This document shows positions 1 through 11,200 of a stretch of 64,000 nt of DNA, piece after piece (the first letter of the stretch is position 1; each line of letters begins with the position of its first letter). This DNA is from Octopus bimaculoides (Eukaryota). Location of the stretch: the NCBI RefSeq assembly GCF_001194135.2, contig NC_068986.1, positions 90,743,444-90,807,443 of the forward strand, given 5' to 3'. Position numbers and translations under genes: made by a program. Under the pieces are notes generated by a model that did not search any database, was not told where the DNA came from, and saw only the letters and a list, made by a program, of their open reading frames with translations.

Positions 1-104
1 GAAGCTTAACTATTTATGAAACTGCCCGGTAATATTTGGTCGTATGTGAACCTTAATTTAATAATACTGTATAAAATGAGCACGTGTGTGTGTTAAGAGA
101 AATC

Positions 105-795
105 GGATCTATTTTAAAACGGGGGCGCCAGTATTTTCTTAACGAAACACTAACGAAACACTTTGAAACTTGGGACACTGGTAGAATGTGTCATATAAAA
201 CATCTTTTACTCTTAGTCTTCTGAACAAAAAAAAGGAATTCGCAAGTTATTCCATGTTAAAGTTGTCGTATTTCTGTAATTTCAACCAATCACTGACGTC
301 TATTCAGCTGAATAGAGTTACTGCTGGGCGGTCATAAAAATGTTATTCCCTGTGACATATTTCATCCGGTTTAATCGTAATTTATACGCATATATTGTTT
401 ATATAATAAATTACGCTGTGCGTATCTATATGCGTAACAATTTTAGAGTTCGGATTCTAGAGTTAGGGTTACGGTTACGGTTAACAGTCTAGTTAGGGTT
501 AGGGTTAGTTTTAGGGTTAGGGTTACGGTTAACAGCCTAGTTAGGGTTAGGGTTAGGGGATTAATACGATATACACCGTTACAGCGCTAACTGTTTTCAA
601 CTGAATAGACGTCAGTGATTAGTAGAAATTATCGAAATAAGACAATTTTTTACATGAAATAAATTCGAATACAAAATTTTTTTTCTGTTCTATAACACAA
701 AATAGATAAGTATACGAAGTTTGAAAGTCTTTCGGTACCAAAAACACTACATAAAACATAAATGAAAACTGGCGCCCCCGTTTTAAAATAGATCC
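105..795. mobile_element. Non-autonomous DNA transposon (MITE), Merlin-like
   Basis: Terminal inverted repeats GGATCTATTTTAAAACGGGGGCGCCAG at 105 and CTGGCGCCCCCGTTTTAAAATAGATCC ending 795. Exact 8-bp target duplication GAGAAATC at 97-104 and 796-803. Imperfect inverted homology continues inward. GG termini plus an 8-bp TSD fit Merlin (family assignment is inference). Confidence 0.8.
458..558 (+). repeat. Degenerate telomere-type (TTAGGG)n tract inside the MITE
   Basis: Multiple TTAGGG units mixed with TTACGG and TTAACAG variants. Confidence 0.85.
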
Positions 796-854
796 GAGAA
801 ATCAGTAAAAATATGCATTTCAAGTATTATGATGAATTGTAATTGCCTTTTCAG

Positions 855-986
855 ATTGTAAAGACAATAAAGGAAATTGCTTGGAACATGGAGAACATCG
901 TGTCGGTGTTATAAACAATCAATGTGTCACATTTACTTGTATAGTATGGCGTCAAATACCACGAATGGGTGTACGGCGAAATTTTA
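855..986 (+). CDS. Probable internal exon of an unidentified Cys-rich protein: (D)CKDNKGNCLEHGEHRVGVINNQCVTFTCIVWRQIPRMGVRRNF
   Basis: Acceptor ccttttcag|, donor |gtaagt, 132 nt, open phase 1-1 frame with four Cys. Confidence 0.6.
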
Positions 987-1044
987 GTAAGTAAACTTTA
1001 ATATTTGACTGTTTGTGCATATAGTTAAGTTTCTATCGCACACA

Positions 1045-1226
1045 CACACACACACATAAATCAAAGGGTCAGCCTTGTCACACTGAATATCCCGAGAGCT
1101 ACGTTAAGGGCACACGTGTCTGTGGAGTGCTCAGCCACTTGCACGTTAATTTCACGAGCGGGCTGTTCCGTTGATTGGATCAACTGGAACCCTCGACGTC
1201 GTAAGCGACGGAGTGCCAACAACAAT
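1045..1226 (+). mobile_element. SINE family A, 3' half
   Basis: Reverse-complement match to copies at 23240-23580 and 51930-52210; ends GGAGTGCCAACAACAA. Confidence 0.8.
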
Positions 1227-1724
1227 ACTAAATCGAAGAAATAAAGCCAAATAAAACTGAAATAACAGAATCTCTGCTGTACCAAAGTAGAAACATTGGT
1301 AAGGTTAGTGCCTCATAGTTGCTTTTGTACTCTTTAGTTTATCATACGAATATTAGATAACGCTCTTGAATTTGTTGTTCTTAAAACTTTGGTTAAAAAC
1401 AATCTGCTTGGATCAAAATAGAACAAAATACAAGCTGATTGCATATAAGCCGATGACCAGTGGAAACCATTGAGCATACAATGGTTGCTGATAATCTCTA
1501 AACTGAAAAAGCATCTCGGTCATCCCTTGAAAACGGTAAATCTCTTTAAAATTGGACACAGTGGATTACAAAAACCATTGCATGAAATTCGCTGTCAAAG
1601 ATTATCATATACATGCAGGCCATAACTAGCGTGGATTAATGAGTTGGACCACAGTTACCAGTTGAACAATGGCCATCTATTTCTACATCAAACCCTATAC
1701 TTCTTTAATAATCCTTTCTATTAT

Positions 1725-2073
1725 AGGCACAAGGCTTGAAATTTTGGGGGAGGAGTAAGTCAGTTATATCGACCCCCAAGTGCTCAACTGGTACTTAATT
1801 TATCGACCCTGAAAGGATGAAAGGCAAGGTCGACCTCGGCGGAATTCGAATTCAGAATGTGACAGCAGACGAAATACCACTATGCTAGCTCGCCGCCTTG
1901 TGCTTTTTTAATAATAAATTCCATTAACTGTGATGATCTCCATTGATCTCAAAATGAAGGTTAAGGAAATCTTCAGTATGTCCATTGAAGCATAAGGTGC
2001 CAGGTGTTTCATTGCAGTTAAGCGTCATCCCTGCAGAAATGCGTGTATTGTATAAAAAAAGAGATACCTACAC

Positions 2074-2124
<51 letters not shown>

Positions 2125-2545
2125 TTTCTGAGCTCTACGTGAGCTAATGATTCTCTGTACGATTATCATCATGAAGACAGCGAGCTGGCCGAATCGTTAG
2201 CACGCTGGGCGAAATGCTTAGCGGTATTTCGCCCGACGCTACTTTCCGAGTTGAAATGCCGCCGAGGTCGACTTTACCTTTCGTCCTTTCGGAGTTGATA
2301 AATTAAGTACCACTGGGGGAGGGGGGTCGATGTAATTGATTCATTACTTCCCCAAAAATGGTTGCCCTCGTGGCAAAATTTGAAACCATTATTATGAAGG
2401 CGGTAAGCTGGCAGAATCATTAGCGCACCGGGCAAAATGCTCAGCGGCATTTCGTCCGTCATTACATTCTGAGTTCAAATTCCACCGAGGTCGACAAAAT
2501 AAATATCATTTGTGTACTGGGGTCGATGTAATCGACAATCTCCTC
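1725..2545. mobile_element. Cluster of three tRNA-derived SINE family B copies (one minus ~1725-1900; two plus ~2178-2345 and ~2398-2545)
   Basis: Shared GCGAGCTGGC..AATCGTTAGC (A-box-like), GAGTTCAAATTCC (B-box-like) and GAGGTCGAC core; mutual similarity visible in the window. Confidence 0.8.
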
Positions 2546-3739
2546 TCCCAATTCTTTTTTTGTCTGATGAACAAGTTAAATAAATATCACATCTTCGATT
2601 ATTGATCTATTTTAGTTTGCACGCTGGAGCATGTTTACTCATATTGGAAAAATTCAACTCACAAGGAAATCGATCAATGTTAAATGGAAATTCGATGTTC
2701 TATACTTTGATGTTAATAAAATATATGTCAATAATGCATTATTAGTGGCTGAAATGTGTGATGCAACTTGCGTACATGTATATTCTTGTTTGAAACTTGT
2801 TATAGTGACTAAAACTCTGCTCATCATGTATACATCTACACTCAGATACTCTCGTTCCATTATTTTAAAATGATTATATGTATAAACACTAAAATTGGCC
2901 TGCCAAGAACAATACATTTCTCCAAAATGTTTGATTATTTTTCTTCCATTTGAAAAGAGGAATATTATAGGGCCACTAAGTTATACAAGGTAATATCTTT
3001 TGTTTTCCTTTGACATCACCTTACATATTTTGCCTCACTTTTCTCCTGCATTTCTCCCCTCTCTATCACCACTGTCCTCCCTTACACTCACTGCCATTCC
3101 TTCAATGTCACCAATTCCTTCACATGCATCTGCAACCATCTCATTTACTGCAACTTCCCTTTTAGCTTTTCCTCTTGGACAAACTAGTCAAAATATGATA
3201 TACACAAATTCGATAACAGAACCCAATCTCAATTTTAGCATACGTTCAATTGTTTGATCTGGATATTAATTTTAATCCCACTTATAGGAAATTAATATTA
3301 GTTTACTTTAATTTTATTATTAATGTAATGGAGAAAATTTTACGCTTTTATTTGAGCAATATTTCCTTCTCCATTAAGCAAATTTATGCACTGTGATATA
3401 TGTTAAAAGATCATGTGGAATCCAATATCTACTTACGTCACACATTCAGAATTCATGTCCTGCTGCACTCAACTTTACTATTCATTTTTTTGGTGAAGGA
3501 ATTACTTCAGTTGATTTTTTAAAAAATCATATTTAGTAATCTATTAGCTAACCACCTACACTTTCTCTGCAAAATAGGGGTAGTTTATCCTGTTCAGGCT
3601 ATATTATTAGCATTATGCTGCGATTGAGATTTTAAAATCATTTCTTTAACTTTCTAAGACATCTCAACGCTTCTAAAAGCAAACTTCGTTTGTTTGTTTA
3701 CGTTTATCGTAATTTGAATTTAGTAATCTTTTAGTTTAG

Positions 3740-3808
3740 GAACATACAAGATTGAAAATGAAAGAAAACGAAATAAGAAATGTAGAAAACTAGACTTCAC
3801 TATGCAGA
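3740..3808 (+). CDS. Candidate next exon of the plus-strand gene: TYKIENERKRNKKCRKLDFTMQ
   Basis: ttttagtttag| acceptor, |gtaagt donor, 69 nt, open in phase 1-1 and compatible with 855-986. Confidence 0.4.
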
Positions 3809-4640
3809 GTAAGTGTAATGTGCAAATAAATGCTTAAATGACTAAGTAAATGTTTATGATTTAAGTGGAATACTTCTGGATGAACTACTTGAACCTTATA
3901 TTACAACCTGCCCACCTAGCAGCCAGTTTTTAAAAATTACAAAAATTATTTTTTAAAATTTATATCAATAGCTTTAACCCCTTCTACAAATAAATCTGAA
4001 TTCTTGACAGATTCAAAACAAAAAACATATGCTGTTTAGCCCCATCTTAACCCTGATTGAGACGATCTATGATCCAATCATGACAGTTTCCCCATTTCAA
4101 GATACTCCTAGGACTCATTCAATGAGTTCTTTAATACAGCAAAGTGTGATTTGAGTGATTTGACTTATTTCATGTGAGTCAAGTGACTATGTTGTGGCTC
4201 AATGATAGGAGAAGGTGGTTCTTGGAATCTATTTCAAAATTAAGACAAATGCAGAAGGCATTACTGTCACAAAAATGTTTATTTCACAATGTTCAATCAT
4301 TTTGAAAATTAAAAACAATAAAAATGAAGTAGAATGCTGAAAATAAATATACATGATGTAAAACAAGTTCATTTCCAGAGAATTTTCTCAGATATTTTCC
4401 CAAATAGCCATGAAGCACATAACTGAGACAATTATTTTTAAATTTGACTTTTTGTCACACAGATTCAACACATTTTAAAAATAAGCTTAGAGAAATAACT
4501 GAGTAGCCAGTGGCATGCATCTAAATAACAAATAAAGGTATATTAAATACTACACAACATAAATCCCTTTGATTAGTTAAAATTATCTCCACTGCTACAG
4601 GATGTATCATAATTATTAAATGGCAATTAAGAGCCATTAA

Positions 4641-5842
4641 CCCTTTCGTTACTATATTTCTGACCAAAATACACCGCTCATGAGTTTCAATTAAATTCTA
4701 AAATAATCATGAATTTAGACTAGTCTCATTAAACACCTGTAACTTTTTTTATTTATTAACATATTGTGATATTTGGAACATAATTAAAGAAAGGTTTCTT
4801 AATCAATTCTATTGCATAATTTTTGTCTCTGGGGTACTGCTAGTGTCTCTCACATGTAAATATTGGTTCAGCTTCACGAATCGTACTCGTTCATAATACT
4901 GGAAATGTAGCCATCGCCAAAAGGTTCCTGATCGCTCCAGTAATTTGTTATTCTGGGGAACTGTCTAATACCCATCATAATATTTATGGCAAAAAATGCC
5001 CGTATTTCATCTACAGTTGCAGGAAACCACAAGCTATCTTTTTTTTCCGGCTTGTTTACATTCTGCGTAACGGTTTGTTTNNNNNNNNNNNNNNNNNNNN
5101 NNNNNNNNNNNNNNNNNNNNNNNNNNNNNNNNNNNNNNNNNNNNNNNNNNNNNNNNNNNNNNNNNNNNNNNNNNNNNNNNNNNNNNNNNNNNNNNNNNNN
5201 NNNNNNNNNNNNNNNNNNNNNNNNNNNNNNNNNNNNNNNNNNNNNNNNNNNNNNNNNNNNNNNNNNNNNNNNNNNNNNNNNNNNNNNNNNNNNNNNNNNN
5301 NNNNNNNNNNNNNNNNNNNNNNNNNNNNNNNNNNNNNNNNNNNNNNNNNNNNNNNNNNNNNNNNNNNNNNNNNNNNNNNNNNNNNNNNNNNNNNNNNNNN
5401 NNNNNNNNNATTGTTAATAAAAATATTTTTTAAATCTATTTCTGGTGTAAAATCATCTTCGCTGTCGCCGTCGCTGCTTTCAGTTTCGGATACAGAAATA
5501 TCCGATTCATTATCGTTCACCACGTGCTTTTGTAGCTCATTCATTCTTTTCTTCGATATCGCCAGATCTTCTGTTGAAAAACCTTCAAATTCGGAATCAC
5601 TGCTTGATAGCATGAAACTCCTCTCCAAAGTTGAAAAAAATTAACGCCGCAAAAATGTGGAAAAAAATCTTCCAAAATTCACTGAGTTCAAATATCACGC
5701 CAACGTGTGAGACAATAACTGAACTGTTTGCAAAGTGAAATCAGGTGTTTTAACGAATGTACTAAGAGATTTGGGTTCAAATATACATTTAAATAACAAT
5801 GGGTACGCTCGGCCGGCTACGGCCGGGTTAGTAACGAAAGGG
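4641..5842 (-). mobile_element. piggyBac deletion derivative retaining the transposase N-terminus
   Basis: 14-bp TIRs CCCTTTCGTTACTA / TAGTAACGAAAGGG, with TTAA at 4637-4640 and 5843-5846. Minus-strand acidic N-terminus (SDSEFEGFS..SDISVSETESSDGDSEDD), then across the gap WFPATVDEIRAFFAINIMMGIRQFPRITNYWSD, typical of piggyBac transposases. Too short to hold the catalytic core. Confidence 0.9.
5081..5409. other. Assembly gap (other N runs at 6322-6331, 36586-36595, 36954-37263, 44003-44012)
   Basis: Runs of N; several have duplicated flanks. Confidence 0.99.
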
Positions 5843-6164
5843 TTAAGGAAAAGGGCAGGCTTATTGCCTGGAGATAAAAGAACAGTCGTAGGTTTCTGGT
5901 TCAATAACTGATCAGCATGACAATCGCCCAACCTTATTGCCAGTAGCCAAAAGATAAACCTATTAGAGCAGAACACATTAACTGAATCTGTCAGATTCAA
6001 GCAGTGATTCAATTTGGTGAATATACACATTCCCAGTAGAGTCTTGAATATATTTTTTAATTATTGAGTGTAATGTGACTTCACTTCTATTGAAAGCATG
6101 GATCATTTTCTTGTTGCAAGTCCAACCATTTCAAAAATTCTCGTCCATTTTATGCATAGAGATT

Positions 6165-6470
6165 CACCTATAGAATCCATGGCCGCGTTTGTTTCTAAGT
6201 CGGGGTCACCACTTTATAGGTTGGTAGTCCAGAATCCATGGCCGCGTTTTTTCTTAGTCGGGGTCACCACTTTATAGGTTGGTAATCCAGAATCCATGGC
6301 CACGTTTTTTCTTAGTCGGGGNNNNNNNNNNCACTTTATAGGTTGGTAATCCAGAATCCATGGCCACGTTTTTTCTTAGTCGGGGTCACCACTTTATAGG
6401 AAAGTGTTAAATAGCTCAGCGGGCTGCGTGTTTGAATCACGTCGGGGGGTCACCACTTTATAGAAAAGTG
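6165..6470. repeat. ~58-bp tandem array bounded by CAC...GTG termini (possible Chapaev/Transib-type non-autonomous element)
   Basis: Unit TCGGGGTCACCACTTTATAGGTTGGTARTCCAGAATCCATGGCCRCGTTTTTTCTTAG, about four copies, containing a 10-N gap. Ends CACCTATAG and TATAGAAAAGTG; flanks GATT / GGTT. Confidence 0.55.
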
Positions 6471-6487
6471 GGTTATACATCATTAGA

Positions 6488-6811
6488 TGTACACCTGACT
6501 TTCCTATATTAAATTAAAAATTAACGGAACGCTGAACTCCAGATTATCAACACAAACAACATTTATTCAAGGTGGAAAATATACATCTTTAATCTTGTTT
6601 GTTGAGACGTCTTCGGTGCGTGAGAACATGGTTGTTGGGACGTTGGTGTATTGATGTGAGCTGTCTAGCGTGAGTTCGAAAGATGGAGAGACAGCTAGAC
6701 ACGTCCTTGCTCAATCGCTGGCCAGCAAGAAAGAGGCAGAATGAAGCGGGAAAGCTTGGATGTTGAATTCCACGCATGCGTGAGACTACGCATGCGCACG
6801 GCGTTACTACA
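6488..6811 (-). mobile_element. Probable solo LTR
   Basis: TGTA...TACA termini; minus-strand AATAAA about 75 nt from the 3' end; GC-richer than the flanks. No TSD found. Confidence 0.45.
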
Positions 6812-7230
6812 CACTCAACCAACAACACTCACTACTTAATTTTGATTGAATTAATAAATATTGTAATTCTTTCAAATATGACTTAAATATGGTAGAAATA
6901 TTGCCCATGTATAATTTAAGACAGATTCATTTTTTGCCACACTAACAAATAAGTTAAGAAAACAATTATATTAAAAAACAAATTATGCCCAATGCAAATT
7001 CCAAGTATTGCTACCTTCATATATACAAGTGGTTTCTAGCTTTACCCGTGACCCACACCCATAGGAAATTCTCAATTTTCAAAACCCTATAAAAGTAATA
7101 TGTTTGAAAGTGGCAAAGTCAATTTACTATTTCTTTTCTTTAAATTGAACCACATACATAAAATGTGAACAAATTGAGCTCTGTCTGTCTGCCTGTCTCT
7201 CTGCGTGCGTGCGTGCGTGCGCGTGCGTGT

Positions 7231-8280
7231 TATTAATAAATTCATAAAATTGCCAATAATATTCGCAGGAAATCAATATTTGATATTTAAATTTCGGAAG
7301 ATATATATCCAATATGACATGGTAATATATTAAATTTAAAATATACGAAATATAAATATAATATAAAAATATGGATGTAGATAAAGATACATGTGAATAT
7401 AAATGCATATAAAAATTTATGCGTAATTGAGCATGAATATTATAAAGTCTAAAATTTAAAAAAATTAAACATCTGACGATCGTTTCGCGGATATTATTGT
7501 AGTCACTATGTAATCAAAAGATCAGCATACTATCAATAATTCCGCTCTTCGGAGATGAATGGATTTATAATCTATGTGTTAAGAACGAATGGTATATGTA
7601 ATATTAATTAAAATATTTAAAAATATTAAAAATATTTAAGTGTATATTATCCTTTAAAGAAATTGTAAAATTAGTCCTCCTATAATTTGGAAAGTTCATT
7701 TTTATGGGATTCATAGGACTACCAACATATCCAACAAGACGAATTTTACTATAATTACATATCGAAGTCTTATATATATATTCAGAAAAACATACCAATT
7801 TTTATTTATATATATATATATATATATCACTTAAAATTTCAACAAAGGATAAAAAAATGAACTTTCCAAATTATAGGAGGATTGATTTTACAATTTCTTT
7901 AAAGGACAGTATACACTTATATATTTTAAATATTTTAATTAATATTACATATACCATTCATTCTTAACACAGATTATAAATCCATTCATCTCCGAAGAGC
8001 GGAATTATTGATAGTATGCTGATCTTTTGATTACAATAATATCCACGAAACGATCGTCAGATGTTTAATTTTTTAAATATTCATGCTCAATTACACATAA
8101 ATTTTTATATGCATTTATATTCACATGTATCTTTATCTACATTCATATTTTTATATATATTTATATTTCGTATATCTTAAATTTATTATATTACCATGTC
8201 ATATTGGATATATATATCTTTCGAAATTTAAATATTGATTTCCTGCGAATATTATTGATAATTTTATGAATTTATTAATA
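7231..8280. repeat. Long AT-rich inverted repeat (foldback/MITE-like)
   Basis: Arm 7231-7703 is the reverse complement of 7854-8280 with small indels; ~150-bp spacer containing (TA)n. Confidence 0.9.
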
Positions 8281-11200
8281 ATATAAAAACACATATATAT
8301 ATTTATTTGCTCAAAATAATAGAGCACTTAATATAAGTTCAGTTACATATTCTTTTAGAATATTCCTTATAAAAGTTATATATATATATATATATATTTG
8401 CTTTTGACTTCATAAATAAAATACAAATTAACCAATTAGAGAAAAATATGAACTGTGAAATCAATCACAATCAAACAAAAAAATGGTTCCTTCCATGTAT
8501 GTTGATTTAAGAGTAATTTCATTCAAATAAAATATATACTCTCACTTCTGTCATATCCACTGAAATGGTAAGTAGCATCCACAAGGGGTATCAGCACCCC
8601 CAGCTAGGAACTACCTCCATATGGTCAGTCTGCCAGAAACAGCAGTTAAGTAACCCGAGAATTACACCCTATGGTTTTAAAGAATTTATTGGATATTATT
8701 GTCCAAAACATACTCCTGAATGATAGGCATGAGGCCCAACTTAGAGTAGCAGTGTTTCCTTAAAACCTTAGAAAGATAAAAACTTCATACATTCAGGCAC
8801 TGAAGTGGTCCTCCAAAGGTCTTTGCCTGCCTATTTATAATGGACATCATTGTCTAAATCACAATTGCTTTTCTAACACTAACACCTTGTCACCTTGATT
8901 TGCTCTCCATATTTCTGTTTACTTTTTGGTCAAGTTTTGAATGAATAAAGACAAGAGAGAATTCTTGTCTTACTGGGGAAAGACATCTCTGGGACGCCAT
9001 GTAAAGTGGTAGAGTTAAAAAAGGTATCCAATGAAAGGAAAAGCTGAAAAGAGAACTTATAAAAGAGACATGGTTCTGAACCCATCTAAGAGGGTAATAT
9101 CCCCAAATAAGGACTCATTCACCCCATTTCAGAATGGAAAGAAGACATAAAATGACTTTACAATAGAAGTACATTAGAATATAATAAGTTAATAGTTTGA
9201 AAAAATATTAATTTAGTAGGACATCTTTAGCATTTAAATATTAATTACAAAAATAGAACATTTTAGATTTAATACTGTTGATTAAGATTTCTTTTTCTTT
9301 CAGCTAGGAATTCAAAATTGTTTATTAAAAAAAATGTTAATGTTTAATGACAAAATATACGCATTAGAATTCTCCAAAGCTATGATATAGGAATCCTGAA
9401 ACAAAGTGAATTAAGTTCAGAAACAAAGTGAATTAAGTGGCTAACTCAGATTCAAAGAAATGTCTGGTAATAAACAACACAGCAGGAGATATCTCCACGA
9501 TATCTAACCAGTGAGAACTTACTCTATGATGTGGACTTAGAACTATGATCATGAAAATGACAAGATGGTGCTGTAGACTCACAGAGTTGACCAAAATTAG
9601 GGAATCATGCACTACAACAATGAAATAACAAGATCCAAGAGGATTAGACAAAGTAAATCTCTGCAAGTTCCAATCAATGAGAACTTACCATTATGATTAC
9701 AAAAATGACTACCAGATAGGACTACTGATTCAATAGAATACAAAGATTATTATTCTCATTATGAAGGTAAGAAAGCAGCTTGGTAAACTATAAAGATAGA
9801 AACTGCCACCAAATATTATTCTGGATCAGTAATTTACACAAGCAATGGTAATCCAATCATATGAAGAACTAGGTTAGCAAATCTCAAAAATTCTACTTGT
9901 GTTTCAACTATTGTAAGATGAGATTGTCTTACCAAGCATATGTTATGAACAATGTAGAATGAAGGCTCTATTTCAATGAGTTGCAGTTTGAGCATTAGCT
10001 ATTTTGTTTGGTGAAAGGAATGTTTATCTTATAGTTAAACTGCAATTCAACTTTTGTGAATTACAGATAAATATTTTATCAACCTTGTAAAGATAGAAAT
10101 TTAAAATGAAAATACAATCTTCAAATATCCAGCATTACGTATTGCTCTTTATATTGATTTAACATCCCAGATTTCAAGTTTATGTATTTTTCAAAACTGC
10201 CTAGCTTTCTATGATACCGTCAACTATTATTTACCAGTGTTTCTTATAAAACAAGAAAAACAGGATATGTCTTTTAAACAATTCATGCAAGATGTATGTA
10301 ATTAGGCTCAGATTATGTTAAATGGTGGGAGTAGGTGTTGCATTAATAGAATTTAAAAAGGATGTCTTAGATCAGGGGCTTCAGTTTAGTTTTCATCCCA
10401 GTTCAAAATCATTAAAACAAATCTATTCTAATTCCATTCTCATCTAAGATGATTGATATGAATATTGAATAGACCTCAGTACTTTAACTGGTATTTTATT
10501 TTATCAATACTGGAATGACAAAGGCAGGATTTTAACTCAAAATGCAAAAGGTCATAACTAAATATTACTGGTATATAGTCCGACACAGTAAGGATTCTAA
10601 TTCACTACCTAGATTGATTATCAAAAAGGAAATTCAGAATGGAGTAGAAATCAAAGATTTTAGATTTGAAAAATTAATACTCAGTTTAATATATCAAAAT
10701 TCAATTGAAGGAAAATATAAATTTAATCAAAATTTAAACTAACAAAAATTTACTCAGGTTTTAGATAGGTAGCTAGTTGACAGAAGAGCTTTATAGGGTA
10801 ATAAAAGCACAGACAAGTCATTTTTCAGTATTATATTACTCAATAATAATAAATGAACAACAGATCCATTGGTAACTGACTATTAGACATTGTACTTCTC
10901 TTGTGACATGTAGGAATTTCATGTGCAATAGAGATAAAAATAATTTTATGTAATTCAACTTGTAAACCTCACCAGTCTAAGAGAACCTACAAAGAGTAGT
11001 CACAATCCCACTCTACGAGATAAACATCATCATCTTAAATAAAAATGTTTAGAAACAAACTGAACTAAATCTGATTAGTTTTGATATTTAAATTTATACT
11101 ATCATTACCCAGTCCATGATAGGCTGAGTGACCATAGTAATCGTAATAAAAATTGCTAAACAAATATCTGTCACAAGATGATATAATATCACATCAGAGA

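Noticed and set aside
1271-1300. Small plus-strand exon candidate ending at gtaagg
   Set aside because: Purine-rich acceptor context next to a SINE tail; weak support.
6165-6470. CRISPR-like array
   Set aside because: Units are contiguous and near-identical with no unique spacers; eukaryotic context; no cas genes.
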